From Octopus sinensis (lineage: Eukaryota), in the NCBI RefSeq assembly GCF_006345805.1, contig NC_043005.1:43028001-43092000 (forward strand): DNA of 64,000 nucleotides, written 5' to 3'. The notes below the pieces were generated by a model. The model was not told the DNA's origin and did not search any database. It saw only the letters and a program-made list of their open reading frames with translations. Made by a program: the position numbers and the translations under genes. Of the stretch, positions 13,594 to 28,118 are shown one piece after another. Numbering within the stretch: position 1 is the stretch's first letter; each line of letters begins with the position of its first letter.

Positions 13594-14737
13594 TCTGTCT
13601 TTTATCCTTGTTTCAGTCATTCAACCGCGGCCATGCAGCGTCGCTCGTCGCTTTGAAGAGTTTAGTCGAACAACTCAGCTGCAATACTTATTTTTAAGGA
13701 TTGTATTTATTCTATCGGTTCTTTTGCGGAAACCTCTAAGTGCGGTGCCATAATGCATAAACAAACCAACACAGGTTACCAAGCGGTTGTGGGGGGATCA
13801 ACACAAACAACAAAACACACAAAAACATATATATAAATATATATTATATATATATATATATAATATATATATATATATATAAGAGACAGCAAACCCAACA
13901 TAAAGTCAGATAAGAGGAAAAACCTTTTGATAAGCATAACAAATGCGCAACCGGTAAAAAGAACTTTCACCTAATTAAATTACTTAAAATACTTAATTAT
14001 TTTGTCAGCATTTTCTTCATTTCCTTTTATATATATATATATATATATAATATATTATATATATATATATATATATTATATATATTATAAGTTTCTTACC
14101 ACACAGCCACACGAAAATATCTGAAAAAATAGTATGGGTTTATTATACGTCTTTACAATTAATGGAAAGGGCTACATTTGTAGTCTAATGGTGTCTGCTC
14201 GTAACCAAAATTTTAATCTCGATTTTTAGAGACTAACTACAGGATTAACTACTTCACGTAAAAAACAAAGAAATGCTTTGTGTGCAAAGGGATTTAAAAG
14301 ATAAAAATAATAATAACTTAGGGGAGAATAAAGAAAACGAATTAACAACCCATCACAATGGATACTACTCTTTTACTTGTTTCAGTCATTTTGACTGTGG
14401 TCATGCTGGTGCATGTAGATAATATTGATTTCAATTTTTGGTAAAAGGCCAGCAAATTCAGAAGAGTGTATGAGTCTCTTTGCAAGCGTCTCTTGTTTAA
14501 ACATTATTTGCTCAAAAGACAATTGACAAATGATCTTGTTTTGAGTTTGATAAATAGCGGGATAAAGTAATATTTCCACCAGGAAATCCTGGATGTCTGT
14601 ATTTACAACATCTGTGGTTTATATTATAAGATTGTGTGTATGTGTATATGTGTATGTATGTGTGTGCGTATGTGTGTGTATGTGTGTGTGTATGTGTGTG
14701 TATGTGTGGGTGTATGTGTGTGTGTGTTGTATATATT

Positions 14738-14972
14738 CTTTTATTCATTTACTTGTTTCAGTCATATGACTGCGGCCATGCCGAAGCACCGCTTTTAGTC
14801 GAACAAATCGACCCCAGGACTTGTTCTTTGTAAGCCTAGTACTTATTCTGTCGGTCTCTTTTGCCGAACCACCAAGTTACGGGGACGTAAACACATCAAT
14901 AGTGATTGTCAAAAGATAGAAGGGGGACAAACACAGACACACATACAAAAATAGACACAACACACACACCAT

Positions 14973-15056
<84 letters not shown>

Positions 15057-15334
15057 ATATATATATATATATATGTATATAATACAAATAAGAAAATGGA
15101 GGAACAAATTCATTTCGATCATCAACTTACGGATATTACCATTTCACACGACTGTATAAATATATATATTTATAAGGCCTACTTTCAGTTTGCGTCCACC
15201 AAATCCACTCACAAGGCTTTGGTCGGCCCGAGGCTATAACAGAAAAAACTTGCCTAAGGTACCACGCAATGGGACTGGATCTGGAACCATGCGGTTGGGA
15301 AGCAAGCTACTTACCACACAGCCACTCCTGCACC
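14738..15334 (-). mobile_element. SINE family A with an expanded internal (TA)n
   Basis: Tail TTACTTGTTTCAGTCATATGACTGCGGCC at 14750, head ...ACCACACAGCCACTCCTGCACC at 15334. Confidence 0.85.
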
Positions 15335-15732
15335 TATGTATATACACATTTAGAAATATATATATGGGCATATATATATATATACATGCACATTTACACA
15401 CATATATAAGTATGTGTGTGTATGTATACATGTATATATATGTATAAATGTATATGTATGTATGTACCTATGTATTTATGTATGACCTGTACACTAACAC
15501 ATGCAAAATGGTTAAGTGTACCGTTACAAAAACAAGGGAAAAAAAGATCATTTGTTGATGCAATCATTGCTCTATCGTTAATAATCTCGACGTACTATCA
15601 TGTGGTTTTAAGTTCAGTCCCACCGGGCGTCATGTATTGTCTATTATGGCTCACGGCCCACCAATATTTGGAAATGAATTTAGTGCCCGGAAAGTGTGCG
15701 ACAGCCGACTTACATTTAGGTGTGTGTCTGTA

Positions 15733-15812
<80 letters not shown>

Positions 15813-16269
15813 TTGCACGCGCGAAAGTGTGTGTGCACGCGGGAGTGATCCCGCAGTTTGATAATTCGCATTGGTTTATTCGCGTCTTCGTAACTTGGAA
15901 GTTTGTTAAAATGAGACGGATAGAAGTTCTGAATTTCCAAATCAAATTGTGGGGTCTATCTGATGGATTTAAGCTTTTAAACTGGAAGAACTGCAAAACG
16001 AAAATTTAAAAAAATTAATAATAGTGAGCGAACTGTATTGATTTCAAATTTCGGTTCGCTGACCCTTATTCATCAAGGGAGGAGAAAGTAGATTTCACTG
16101 ACCCCAAAACTCGATACATATTTTATCGATCCCCAAAAGGAAGGTAGGCTCCGCTGATGCCGGTGACATTTGAAGAAAGGCTGCCTCATACTTTTGGCCT
16201 CCGCATTAACGACTCTGACTTCTCGGTGCCTCAGTAAATAGAAAACAAATATTCACTCTTGCGCGATAA

Positions 16270-16480
16270 GAGGGCGAGCTGGCAGAACCGTTAGCACGCA
16301 GGGAAAAAATGCTTAGCGATATTGCTTCCGTCTTTACGTTTTCGGTTCAAATCAAACTAAGGTCGACTTTGCTTTTCATATTTCCGAAGATCCATAAAAT
16401 AAGCGTCATTCGAGCACTGGGGTTGATGTAATCAACTTACCCCTTCCGCCCGAAATTACCGCCTTTGAACCCAATATTTA
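16270..16480 (+). mobile_element. SINE family B, diverged
   Basis: GGCGAGCTGGCAGAACCGTTAGCACG...GGTCGACTTTGC...CACTGGGGTTGATGTAATC. Confidence 0.8.
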
Positions 16481-16905
16481 TTCATAGACGTGCGATTATG
16501 TAGCGCTGTACATATAATTATCTTGAGACACAGAGACGCAAATAGATACGAAAATGTGTATATATATATATGTATACGTATATGTATATGTATATGGTAA
16601 TGCATAATTCTGCATGCATGTGTACTCAACGGTGACAAGGCAGTTCATTAATATTTCATTGTTTTATCCATTGTACAATTCCATTGAATGTCATTCATGA
16701 TAACGATATACACCTCCCCAAAGGGCGATCTCAACACACGCACGTGTGTGTGTACATATTTATATATATATATATACAGACACACACATGTATCTGTATA
16801 TATATGTACACAAATACAGACAAACTAACACACACACACATATATATGCGTGTGCATGTCTATGTATATATGTATCTCTTTATGTATACATACATATATG
16901 TATAT

Positions 16906-16975
<70 letters not shown>

Positions 16976-17018
16976 CATACATACATTACATACATAAATA
17001 CATATATATAAAATATAT

Positions 17019-17054
<36 letters not shown>

Positions 17055-17396
17055 CACGTGCACACACGTTCATCACTGTATGCGTGCGTGTATGTAATCT
17101 GTGGTATGTTTGTATGTTTGTGTGTGTGTGTGTGTGTAGAGAGAGAGAGAGACACGCATATTCTCACATATGGCAGACAGAGGAACTGAGAGCGCGAGAG
17201 GGGAGAGAGAGAGAGCGAGAGCAAGAGAGAGAGAGGAGAGAGAGAGGTAGAAAAAGAGATAGGGATAGAGAAGAATTTACATGTGTTTTCGTGTTGTTAC
17301 ATCTATAGAGAAATGTATTGTGCGCGAGTGTGTGCGTTATGCGTAGAGGGCACGTGTGTGCATGTGCGCTGGGTTCAGTATCTGTGCGCGAGCACA

Positions 17397-17455
<59 letters not shown>

Positions 17456-17646
17456 GTGTTTGTGTGTATGTGTATTTGTGAAAGCACTTGTGCACATTTA
17501 TTCTATAATCACAACGTTTTAAAGGTTAAGTTTATATATCGACGTTCGGATAAAAGAAGTCTGATACTGTAACCTTTCTTAATGATATTTTCATTAAACA
17601 AAAACAAAACAAAGACACAGAAAAAGAAAGAAAGAAGAACAATAAT

Positions 17647-17677
<31 letters not shown>

Positions 17678-18019
17678 ACAATGACAAAACAACAACAACG
17701 AAAATGACAGCGACAACCGCAACAATAACAACAACAGTATAACGGTAACAACAAGAGCATCGACAACAAAAACAAGTCTCAATATATTTAGTGTTGAAAT
17801 TTGAGGGGCGGGGGAATTTTGTGAGGGGAGACGAAGGGGTGTATGAGTGGGAGGGAGGAGAGTCGGTGTTTGTGGGTGGGTGGGTGTTTGTTGAGTAATG
17901 GAAGTCAACTGTCAAGACTCACGGGTGAAATGTGATCCTAAACCTGGAGACAGGGGAGTTTCATTTAAATTCTGTGTACCATTATATACACACACATACA
18001 CACACACACACACACACAC

Positions 18020-18060
<41 letters not shown>

Positions 18061-18339
18061 CATGTATGTAGGTATATATATATATGTATATATAATATAT
18101 ATATATATATATAGAGAGAAGAGAGAGAGAGAGAACGAGAGAGAGGAGAGAGATTTATTTGTATTTGTATACAAGTGTGTATGTATGTATATATTTGTGT
18201 GTGTGTGTATGTATACATACATACATATATATGTATGTATAAGCAGGTGTACATATGCATATATGTAAATATGTTGTATATAATGTAGACAGACAGATAG
18301 ATAGGTAGATAGATAAATAGAGAGAGAGAGAGAGAGAGA

Positions 18340-18510
<171 letters not shown>

Positions 18511-18951
18511 AGATAGATAGATATAACAAATAAGAAGTTTAAATCAAACGTTTCTTGCTTTCTTCCCACTTGGCACGAATTTGTGTATACGAATATAGCA
18601 TTATAAACATATACATGCATACATATATACACACATACATGCATACATACACGTTCATTCATATGTATGTGTGTGTGTCTGCATGGGTGGGTGTGTGTGC
18701 GTGTGTGTACGAGCAGCGTGTATGTGCCTGTGTGGGAAATATTTTATACATTGATAATTATTTCAAATTTACTTAATAAGTTTAGAAGGCAATTTTCAAA
18801 GCTTGGTATAGGCTATACTAACCCTTTTTGTTGCAAATATAATTGACATTTCGTATTTACAAATAGTAGCGAAATTATAAAATGTGAAAAAATTGAATTT
18901 CTCTTTTATCTTTTTTCTTTTCTCTCTCTCTCCCCTCTCTTTCTTTCTCTT

Positions 18952-19024
<73 letters not shown>

Positions 19025-19304
19025 CTCTCTCTCTCGGAAAGATAATATATTCAGCCACACATGATATGAACATACAATATGTATGGCGTATACGCACGTA
19101 CACATACATATGTATGTATACACATCCGTCATCCATACTTACATACATACATACATATATACATGCATACATACATATAAATACATACATACATACATAC
19201 ATACATACATACATACATACATACATACATACATACATACATACATACATACAAACGTACAATATATATCTAAATATGTATATATATATATATGTATAAA
19301 AAAA

Positions 19305-19620
19305 GCCGCATTGCTCAGTGTTTAGAGCGTCGGGTTCACAATCATGAGGTAGTGAGTTAGTTTCCTGGCCCAGGCTGTGTTGTGTTCTTGAGCAAGACAT
19401 TTTATTTCATGTTTCTCCTGTTCATTCAGTTCTAGAAATGTGACGTCACTGGTGCCAAGCTGTATCGGCCTTTGCTTTGGATAACATTGGTAGTGTGGAG
19501 GCTGGTATGCATGGTCGACTGCTGGTCTTCTATAATATCCTTTCCCAGACTTATACCACAGAAGGTAACTTTCTAGGTGCAATCCTATGGTCATTCATGA
19601 CCGAAGCTGGGTTTTACCCT
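19305..19620 (+). mobile_element. SINE family D (tRNA head; body GACGTCACTGGTGCCAAGCTGTATCGGCC)
   Basis: Co-linear with the copies at 28119 and 52146. Confidence 0.85.
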
Positions 19621-19691
19621 TTATAATATATAATATATATATATATATATTCCCTCATATTATATACATATATATATTTATATCTATATAT

Positions 19692-19737
<46 letters not shown>

Positions 19738-19827
19738 GTGTGGTGTGTGGTGTGTGTGTGTATATATATATATATGTATATATATATGTGTATATATACA
19801 TGTATATATAATACATATATATATATA

Positions 19828-19862
<35 letters not shown>

Positions 19863-20360
19863 GTATATAATATGAGGGAATATTATTCCAAACTTACAAG
19901 CAAAAATTCAATTTAGAAATACTAAATCAAATTTCACAAAATATAAAATATATATATGTAAATTACAAAAAAACACCTTTTATCAATTCAATAATGAAAA
20001 ATTAAATTATACCATTTAGAAAAATTACATATTATAGAAAGATTCAATATAAGATAAAGCATATAACAATGATTAAGTAATGTGCAAAATAAAAAATAAA
20101 ACGTATATATTTGGTAGAATATATATTTAAGAAATGATAATAGTAATAATAATAGTAAAGTCACTTCAATATAATTATAACCACTCTTCAGGTTAAATAT
20201 AAAAACAAAATAATTAATTAGATGAATTAATAAATATACGTAAATAATCTTGTAAAATACGAAATATCTTAACAAATTTAGTCTTGTTTAAATAAAAAAT
20301 AGAATAAAAAATAATATACAATTAATCAAAATATTTAAAACAAATATATATATATATATA

Positions 20361-20399
<39 letters not shown>

Positions 20400-20631
20400 A
20401 TAAAACGGTAAGATACAAAAGAAAGAAAGAGACCTCAATATTATGTAAATAGAGGAAATTATCTATACAATATACATTACTCGGTAGTCAAGATAAAACT
20501 CTGAGTTTCAGATGCCGAAGTGGAAATCCACAACACCATCTCTTCGGTTATCTGGCTTGTACTAACATTACGTATATTACTTAACATTAAGGTTTTTAAT
20601 ATAAATTACTTAATGAGTATACGATTTTATT

Positions 20632-20633
<2 letters not shown>

Positions 20634-20722
<89 letters not shown>

Positions 20723-20762
20723 GCAGGCAGGCAGACAGACAGACAGATAGATAGATAGATAT

Positions 20763-20850
<88 letters not shown>
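20634..20850. repeat. (TAGA)n microsatellite with CAGG/CAGA interruptions
   Basis: Direct. Confidence 0.95.
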
Positions 20851-20851
<1 letters not shown>

Positions 20852-22004
20852 CATCGGAAGCCTCTCCTTGTGATCACTTTGAGAGTGATACCCTTTCAAT
20901 AAAAATAATCTGCTGGAAACAATACCGAATTGATAACTTTCTCCTTGAATGCAATAAGCGGCTTCCAATCTATGTGCTTTTGTACGTGCGTGTCTGCGTG
21001 CGTGCATGTTCATGTTTGTGTGTGTATGTGTGTGTGTGTGTGCGTGTGTGTGCGTGTGTGTATGAACGTGCATGCATTTCGCGCCTAATTAGTAATAGTA
21101 ATAGAACCTGCTTCCTTATATGTATTTACGAATCTCATATGCTCTCCCTGATTTAATATAACAGTAATTCAATTGTCCAGAATACTCATGCACACACGCA
21201 CACACACACACTAATTACCATCACAACGATGATCACCACCACCACTTACAACACGACCACCACCACCAACAACAACAAAATTGTTCGTTTTCAAAAAGCT
21301 GTTAAAGGAAATGTTTTCATTTCTCCAATTCACAACATCCCAGAAGACATACAAATGCACACACGAATGCACACACGAATGCACCTACAAATGCACAAAT
21401 CGAAACCACAATATTACAGTCATGAGTCCAACACACTAACCACTGAGCCACGCGTGTTTGTGTCTGTGTGTGTGTGTTTGTGTGCGTGCGCGTGTGTGTG
21501 CGCGTGCATGTGTGTGTCTTTGCTTTTGTTTTTATCCTACCACCGCCTCCACCACCACAAGGCAACTTAGCGATTCGGCAAAAGAGGCCGAAAGAATATG
21601 GCTATATAAATCAGGTGATATAAAAGAGAATGCATAAGTACAGGTGTCGATTCCTTCGAATGAATTCTTCAAGGCGATGCCCCAGCATTGCCACAGTCCA
21701 ATGATTAAGGCAGGCAAAAAAGAAAAACGAGTAAACATTCTCACTCTTACCCACACATACACCCATACACATATACACGAAAACACGTGAAGCCGCTCAA
21801 TAGAATATACCACCTAAAGGCTGCACGCACACACACACGTACGCACGCGCGGACGCACGCATGCACACATTATTACTAGCGTCCCAATATTACTAGTGTC
21901 CCCACTCTTTTCGTCGTTTTCCTATCCTCTACGCAGCCGTTGCCTTCACTACTCGGTTGTCTTCAGTATTTTAAGACATTCGTCCATTTTTTAAAGGTAT
22001 ACTC

Positions 22005-22424
22005 TTTTTATGTTTTTACTTGTTTCAGTCATTTGACTGTGGCCATGCTGGAGCACCGACTTTCGTCGAGCAAATCGACCCCAGGACTTATTCTTTGTAA
22101 GCCTAGTACTTATTCTGTCGGTCTCTTTTGCCGAGCCGCTAAGTGACGGGGACGCAAACACACCAGCATCGGTTGTCAAGCGATGTTGAGGGGGGGGGCA
22201 AACAGACACATAAACATATATCCACACATACATACATACATGCATACATACATACATATATATACGATGGGCCTCCTTCAGTTTCCGTCTACTAAATCCA
22301 TTTACAAGGCTTTGGTCGGCCCGAGGCTATCGTAAAAGACACTTGCTCAAGGTACCATGCATTGGGTCTGAACTCGGAAACATGTGGTTGGTAAGCGAGC
22401 TACTTACCACACAGCCTCTCCCAC
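22005..22424 (-). mobile_element. SINE family A
   Basis: Full tail-to-head match to other copies. Confidence 0.88.
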
Positions 22425-22446
22425 ATTTATTATTATTATTATTATT

Positions 22447-22612
22447 GAGTGAGAGAGCAGCACATACCATCAAATGACACTGGGGTACAATTATACGAAG
22501 CCCAATGTACCCATTATGTCTACCCGTCTGATAAGGGTGCACCAGACAAATGCATCACAACAATATGTGAACGACATGGTGATCTTATATCAAGATAAAC
22601 AGCGTATGACCT
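22447..22612 (-). mobile_element. 5'-truncated copy of the (AAT)n-tailed element at 45124-45671
   Basis: GAGTGAGAGAGCAG...GACACTGGGGTA..ATACGAAGCCCA...ATCAAGATAAACAGC is the reverse complement of 45510-45671 and abuts (ATT)n. Confidence 0.8.
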
Positions 22613-23304
22613 GTTGGTAGTTAAAATGTTGTGTATGTGTGTATAGGTCTACATTCATAAATGGATATGTAGATAGATATTCATGCTTATACAAATATAT
22701 GTAATTCAGTTTTATTTCAATACTCCTTGCCAATAGAGAAAGAACCGGTTTCTAACCTAGATCCAAAGCTCCTTCATTGGAATTTCAACAATATCAACAG
22801 GCTATTTTTGTATGTAAGTATGTATATGTGCAGTATTTGGAGTACGTGAATGTATGATTTGTATGCTTTTGTCTATGTATGTATTCGCATGCGTATAGTT
22901 GCAATTCTATACATACGCATATATAATTAATTTATAAACTTCTGTATGTATGTATTTATGCATGTATGAATGTGTATGTGTGTGTACGTATATATGTATT
23001 ATGTATGTATTCACGTATGTATTTACGTATGTCATTTTAATTTAGAATTAACTTTGACAGGCCACCAACTTGGTTGCAAGGTTGTGAAGGAAAGCATTCT
23101 GTTTTAACCATTAATCTTTAAATCATTAGAAGGTCTTAATGAATCTAAAATTTTAAGCTGCGCAATCGCCGGCGTTTCGACTTTCCGATGTCCGGTCGAG
23201 TAGGAAAGCGCTGCAGTGTTCATAGAAGCCGCGGGTGCCAACTCAGGTGAAGTCGACCAATAGATGCAATATCCTCATGAAGGAGCATTACTGACATTTT
23301 GTAG

Positions 23305-23354
23305 GGGCAATGGACAGTGATGGTGTTCCTCGGCCACGAGTGGACAGCCATTAT
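23305..23354 (+). CDS. Candidate small exon (GAMDSDGVPRPRVDSHY)
   Basis: Branch-like ACTGAC plus TTTTGTAG acceptor, donor TAT|GTATGT, open frame; unique CpG-rich block. Confidence 0.25.
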
Positions 23355-23430
23355 GTATGTATGAGTACAGATCTTTTTTCACTCTGTGATACCATTAAAT
23401 GACGTGGAAATCCCTTTCATTTTTCGGAAG

Positions 23431-23525
23431 CGTGTGAGAGAAGGCACGCCAAACCTTTCCAATTTAAGCACAGCACACAGCCCATGTGTGCCCTTGTCGG
23501 AATTCGCCCTATTGCCAGCATCCTG
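23431..23525 (+). CDS. Candidate exon (RVREGTPNLSNLSTAHSPCVPLSEFALLPAS)
   Basis: Consensus donor CTG|GTAAGT at 23526. The acceptor (TTTCATTTTTCGGAAG) is weak. Phase-compatible with 23305-23354 upstream and 48741-48840 downstream. Confidence 0.3.
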
Positions 23526-24108
23526 GTAAGTTGTTACAGAGATCCTACATCACATCGAGAATCTCTTGAAGCCCAAAATATAAATGCTAACCAAGTGGAC
23601 GATTCTCTTTAATATTGGCGACAACTTACAGCAATTCTACTTACTTATATTTTTTAAAATAATACTTATGTTAGATTTCTTATATTATTTCACTGGTTTC
23701 AGTCATTGAAGTATGATCATGCTGGTGTATAACTTCGGAAGGTTTATTCAATGTTATTTTTTCATTGCTACTTATTTTATCGGTCACAGTAAGACGAAAG
23801 GCAATGTCAACTTCAGACCGACTCGATTCGAAACACAGAGTAATAATGTAAGAAAAACTTGAAAACACAAAGTATTTTTTTTGACTCCCTATTGATTCTG
23901 ATATCTTCCGCCCATGGGTTATGTAAGTGGATTTTGTGAGTGGATTTTGTAAATGGAAACTGAAAAACCACGTCGTGTGTATATATAATGTGTGATAATA
24001 TGAGAGTGGCTGAGTGTGTATATGTACATATAGATATATACATGTGCATACATATATACATACATGCATACATACATAATATACATATACATACATATAT
24101 ATATTATA

Positions 24109-24163
<55 letters not shown>

Positions 24164-24169
24164 ATATCA

Positions 24170-24409
24170 CCCTTTTAAAGCCTAGCCAGGCTCATGGGAC
24201 CGGTTTCCCGGTTTCAATCGCGTATGTGTTCCCCTGCTGGACGGGACGCCAGTCCATCGCAGCGTTACTCATTTTTGCCAGCTGAGTGGACTGGGGCAAC
24301 GTGAAATGAAGTGTTTTGCTCAAGAATACAACGCGTCACCCTGTCCAGGAATCGAAACCACAATCTTACGATCATGATGCTGACGCCCTAACCACTAAGC
24401 CACGCGCCT

Positions 24410-24410
<1 letters not shown>
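24170..24410 (-). mobile_element. SINE with a family-D-like head and CTGGACGGGACGCCAGTCCATCGCAG body (family E)
   Basis: tRNA-like A/B boxes on the minus strand (GGCTTAGTGGTTAGG; GGTTTCGATTCC). Confidence 0.8.
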
Positions 24411-24457
<47 letters not shown>

Positions 24458-24459
24458 AC

Positions 24460-24510
<51 letters not shown>

Positions 24511-25008
24511 CGTTGTTCTGATGATAGGAGAGTTGCAGAAACGTTGGCACATCAGATGCTTTACGATATATCTTCCGGCTCTCTACATTCTGTGTTCAAA
24601 TTCCACCTACCTGCAGCAGAGGCGGGAAACCCCACTTCAGTATTAACTCCCACGGCAGCCGAAGATCCAGTAGTTTTATAGAACTGCGTAAGGGTAGGGT
24701 ACGGCCTCTCTCATGTCGTATAGGAAGTGCTGGAGAAGGCTCACATGCACAGGACTTGCCGATGGCAGACCACTGCTAGAGTAGATGTGTGTGCGTGTGT
24801 TTGTGTGTGTATGTGAGTGAGTGAGTGTGTGGTTGTGTGAGAGTGTGTTTGTGTGAGAGTGTGGGGGGAGGGTGAATGTGTGTGTGTGTGTGTGCGTAAA
24901 AAAGGTAAAGTTACATTCTCGAGTCATACCGACTCATAAGGGCTGTTTTCCCGATTTCATGGCAAATATATATATTTCCCTCCTGGACGGGATACTGGTT
25001 TGTCTTCA

Positions 25009-25242
25009 AGGCGGCGAGCTAGCAGAATCGTTAGCACGTCGGGCGAAATGTTTAGCGGTATTTCGGCTGCCGTTACGTTGTGAGTTCAAATTCCGCCGAG
25101 ATCGACTTTGCCTTTCATCCTTTCAGGGTCGATAAATTAAGTACCAGTTAAGCACTGGGGTCGATATAATCGACTTAATACCTATGTCTGTCCATGTTTG
25201 TCTCCTCTATGTTTAGCCACTTGTGGGCAATAAAGAAATAGG
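25009..25242 (+). mobile_element. Full-length SINE family B inserted into a family-E SINE
   Basis: 9 bp duplication GGTTTGTCT at 24997-25005 and 25241-25249; the host SINE continues on both sides (24930-25390). Confidence 0.88.
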
Positions 25243-25423
25243 TTTGTCTCAGGATGACTCATTTTTGCTAGCTGAGCGAACTGAAGCAACATGAAATGAA
25301 GCGTTTTGCTCAAGAATACAATGTGTCACTCGGTCTAGAAATCGAAACCACAATCTTACAGCCATGGGTCCAACACACTAACCACTAAGCCACCCTTGTT
25401 TGTGTATGTGTGTGTGTGTGTTT

Positions 25424-25455
<32 letters not shown>

Positions 25456-26498
25456 TTGCGTGTGTGCGTGTGTGCGCGTGTGTATGCGTGTGCGTATGTG
25501 TGTGTTTCTTTGTTTTTGTTTTTATCCCCCACCACTACCACAAGGCAACTTAGGGATTCGGCAAAAGAGAACCGAAAGAATATGGCTATATAAACAAGGC
25601 TATATAAAAGAGAATACATAAATACAGGTGTCGTTTCCTTCGAATGAATTCTTCAAGGCGATGCCCCCAGCATGGCCACACTCCAAAGGCAAGCGAAAAA
25701 GAAAAAAATGGTAATAGATATTTTTGTGTCATTGTTACAGTCATTGACTTTCGTCCACTGACCTTTTCACTGCCAAAAACCATGTCACTCGCAAATCAGT
25801 ACCAATTTAATATTATCCCCCACCACCTACCAGATGTTAAGACTCATAAATTTTATTATCTCTTATTGTGACCTTTAATTTCAGACATCGCTCGCCTAAC
25901 CTCTCCATGCTATAACCAATAGTTTGTTCCTTATTAATGTCCTCTGTATTTGTATACAATTCTCATTGTTTCTTATCCTAATATTTAAGAACTTTTCACT
26001 AGTCTATTAACTTGTCGTTATAACGTACAATTTAAGTTAATCATTGCTAATCTAACCTCATCCACCTTATTTAAGCCACTAGTAAAATAAGACAAAGTAC
26101 ATCTTTATGTACACACAACATGGTCGGCTGAAATCAAACCGATTTGAAATAGTGAAAACTTAGCGATTAAGAATGACGAGTCATTCTGTTTTTATTGCAT
26201 GTATGGACATTATGTATGTATGTATGTATGTATGTATGTATGTATGTATGTATGTATGTATGTATGTATGTATGTATGCATGTATGTACATACATGTATA
26301 TACATGTATATATACATCTATGTATGTATATACATGTATATATACATCTATATGTGTGTGTGTGTATATATTATGATGTATTATTTGATATATTACACAC
26401 ATATTTATTATATTATATTATATATATACATAGATAGATAGACAAATAGATAGACAGACAGATAGATAGATATACATATATTAATATATATTTTTTTA

Positions 26499-26636
26499 AT
26501 ATTATATTGAGGGTACTACTATTCGTAGATACCAACACGCTAAGAGGGACCAATGCGGTCAAAACTACTAAAAATAAACAAAATTTTACCGAATTCGTGT
26601 TGGTATCTACGAATAGTAGTACCCTCAATATAATAT
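26499..26636. mobile_element. MITE-like element with perfect ~40 bp terminal inverted repeats
   Basis: TATTATATTGAGGGTACTACTATTCGTAGATACCAACACG (26500-26539) is the exact reverse complement of 26596-26635. Confidence 0.85.
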
Positions 26637-26794
26637 AAATGAATATTTTCAAAGAGGAAGAATTTACGGATTTTTTCTCTTACGAGGTTTTTCACGCTGA
26701 CTACTGATAATTTCTTTTAAAGATTTTATCCTCAATTGTTAATTTATATTAATATATATATACATATTTATAATATGGACACGTCTGTGATATA

Positions 26795-26969
26795 GGCGCA
26801 GGAGTGGCTGTGTGGTAAGAAGCTTGCTTACCAGCCACATGGTTCTGGGTTCAGTCCCACTGCGTGGCACCTTGGGCAAGTGTCTTCTACTATAGCCTCG
26901 AGCTGATCAAAGCCTTGTGAGAGGATTTGGTAGACGGAAACTGAAAGAAGCCCGTCGTATGTGTGTGTA

Positions 26970-27004
<35 letters not shown>

Positions 27005-27180
27005 ATGTGTGTTTGTCCCCCCTACCCAACATCGCTTGTGTTTCTGTTCCCGTGATTAGCGGTTCGGCAAAAAACCGATAGAGTAAGTACTAGACTTACA
27101 AAGAATAAGTCCTGGGGGGCGATTTATTCGACTAAAGGTGGTGCTCCAGCATAACACAAACAAGTAAAAGAATAAAAGAA
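26795..27180 (+). mobile_element. SINE family A
   Basis: Head GGCGCAGGAGTGGCTGTGTGGTAAG, CORE-like ACCTTGGGCAAGT, tail CAAGTAAAAGAATAAAAG. Confidence 0.9.
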
Positions 27181-27326
27181 CAACATGCATATAAATAAAT
27201 ACGTATCTGTGTGTGTGGGTATATATATATATACTTACATACATATAACGCATATATATATATTTATATATATATACATACATACATATAACGTATACAC
27301 ACACACACACACCACACACACATATA

Positions 27327-27372
<46 letters not shown>

Positions 27373-27575
27373 TATATATGTATATATGTTTATACGCACA
27401 CATAAATACATGCATTCATATACGCATATGCAAATATGAGTGCGTGCGCACCCCAATTCATATATCACTTCCATTTTGCTTGTGGCAACACCTACTATCT
27501 ACTAAGCACCTCTTTACACCCATTCATACACACATACATAGATACGTGTGTGAGGGGTGAGTGTATACATGCGAG

Positions 27576-27618
<43 letters not shown>

Positions 27619-28118
27619 GTGTGTGAGCATGTGTGTGTGTACGTGTGTGCGTGTGTGCATTTTTACGTGTTTTTGTTTTACCTAGAAGGAAGATTACTGA
27701 CTCTTGTCTCTGAATTCCGTTGAAGAAAGTGAAATTTGGTAACAGCCACTACAGCGGAAAGATTTTATAATTTACAAGACGATAAAATAAACGTTGATCG
27801 GTATTAAACTTTCGATTAATGGATCAATCGATATTCATACGACAGCAAGTAGGAAGACACATTAGAAAGAAGCAGACTACACGTGTTATATAATGCTTAC
27901 TTTCTTCCCTCTACGATTGGAGTTCGAGTTATGTTTGGGCCAACGTTGCCTTACAAATCACTAACAAGTGATGAAATTCTAATGCAGTCGTTTCTTTTTT
28001 TCTGTGGACCCCTTTGATCTCTATTTTACTATACCGGACCCTTATAGCCATCCAATGTTGAAAAAAGAAAATCCCATAATACTTTTATAATTAACTATTA
28101 TTAAGAACTGCATGTTAA

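Noticed and set aside
15416-16009. 197 aa ORF
   Set aside because: Spans microsatellites, (GTGC)n and a degraded SINE; it is open by low complexity.
20490-20550. Minus-strand CCGAAGA GATG...CATCT GAAAC TC motif
   Set aside because: The core deviates (CCGAAGA) and the stem II closure is ambiguous; not supportable from one copy.
24511-24550. CTGATGA...GAAACGTT hammerhead-like string
   Set aside because: No proper stem II, and GAAACGTT is explained by a degraded SINE B head (GGCAGAAACGTTAGCAC).
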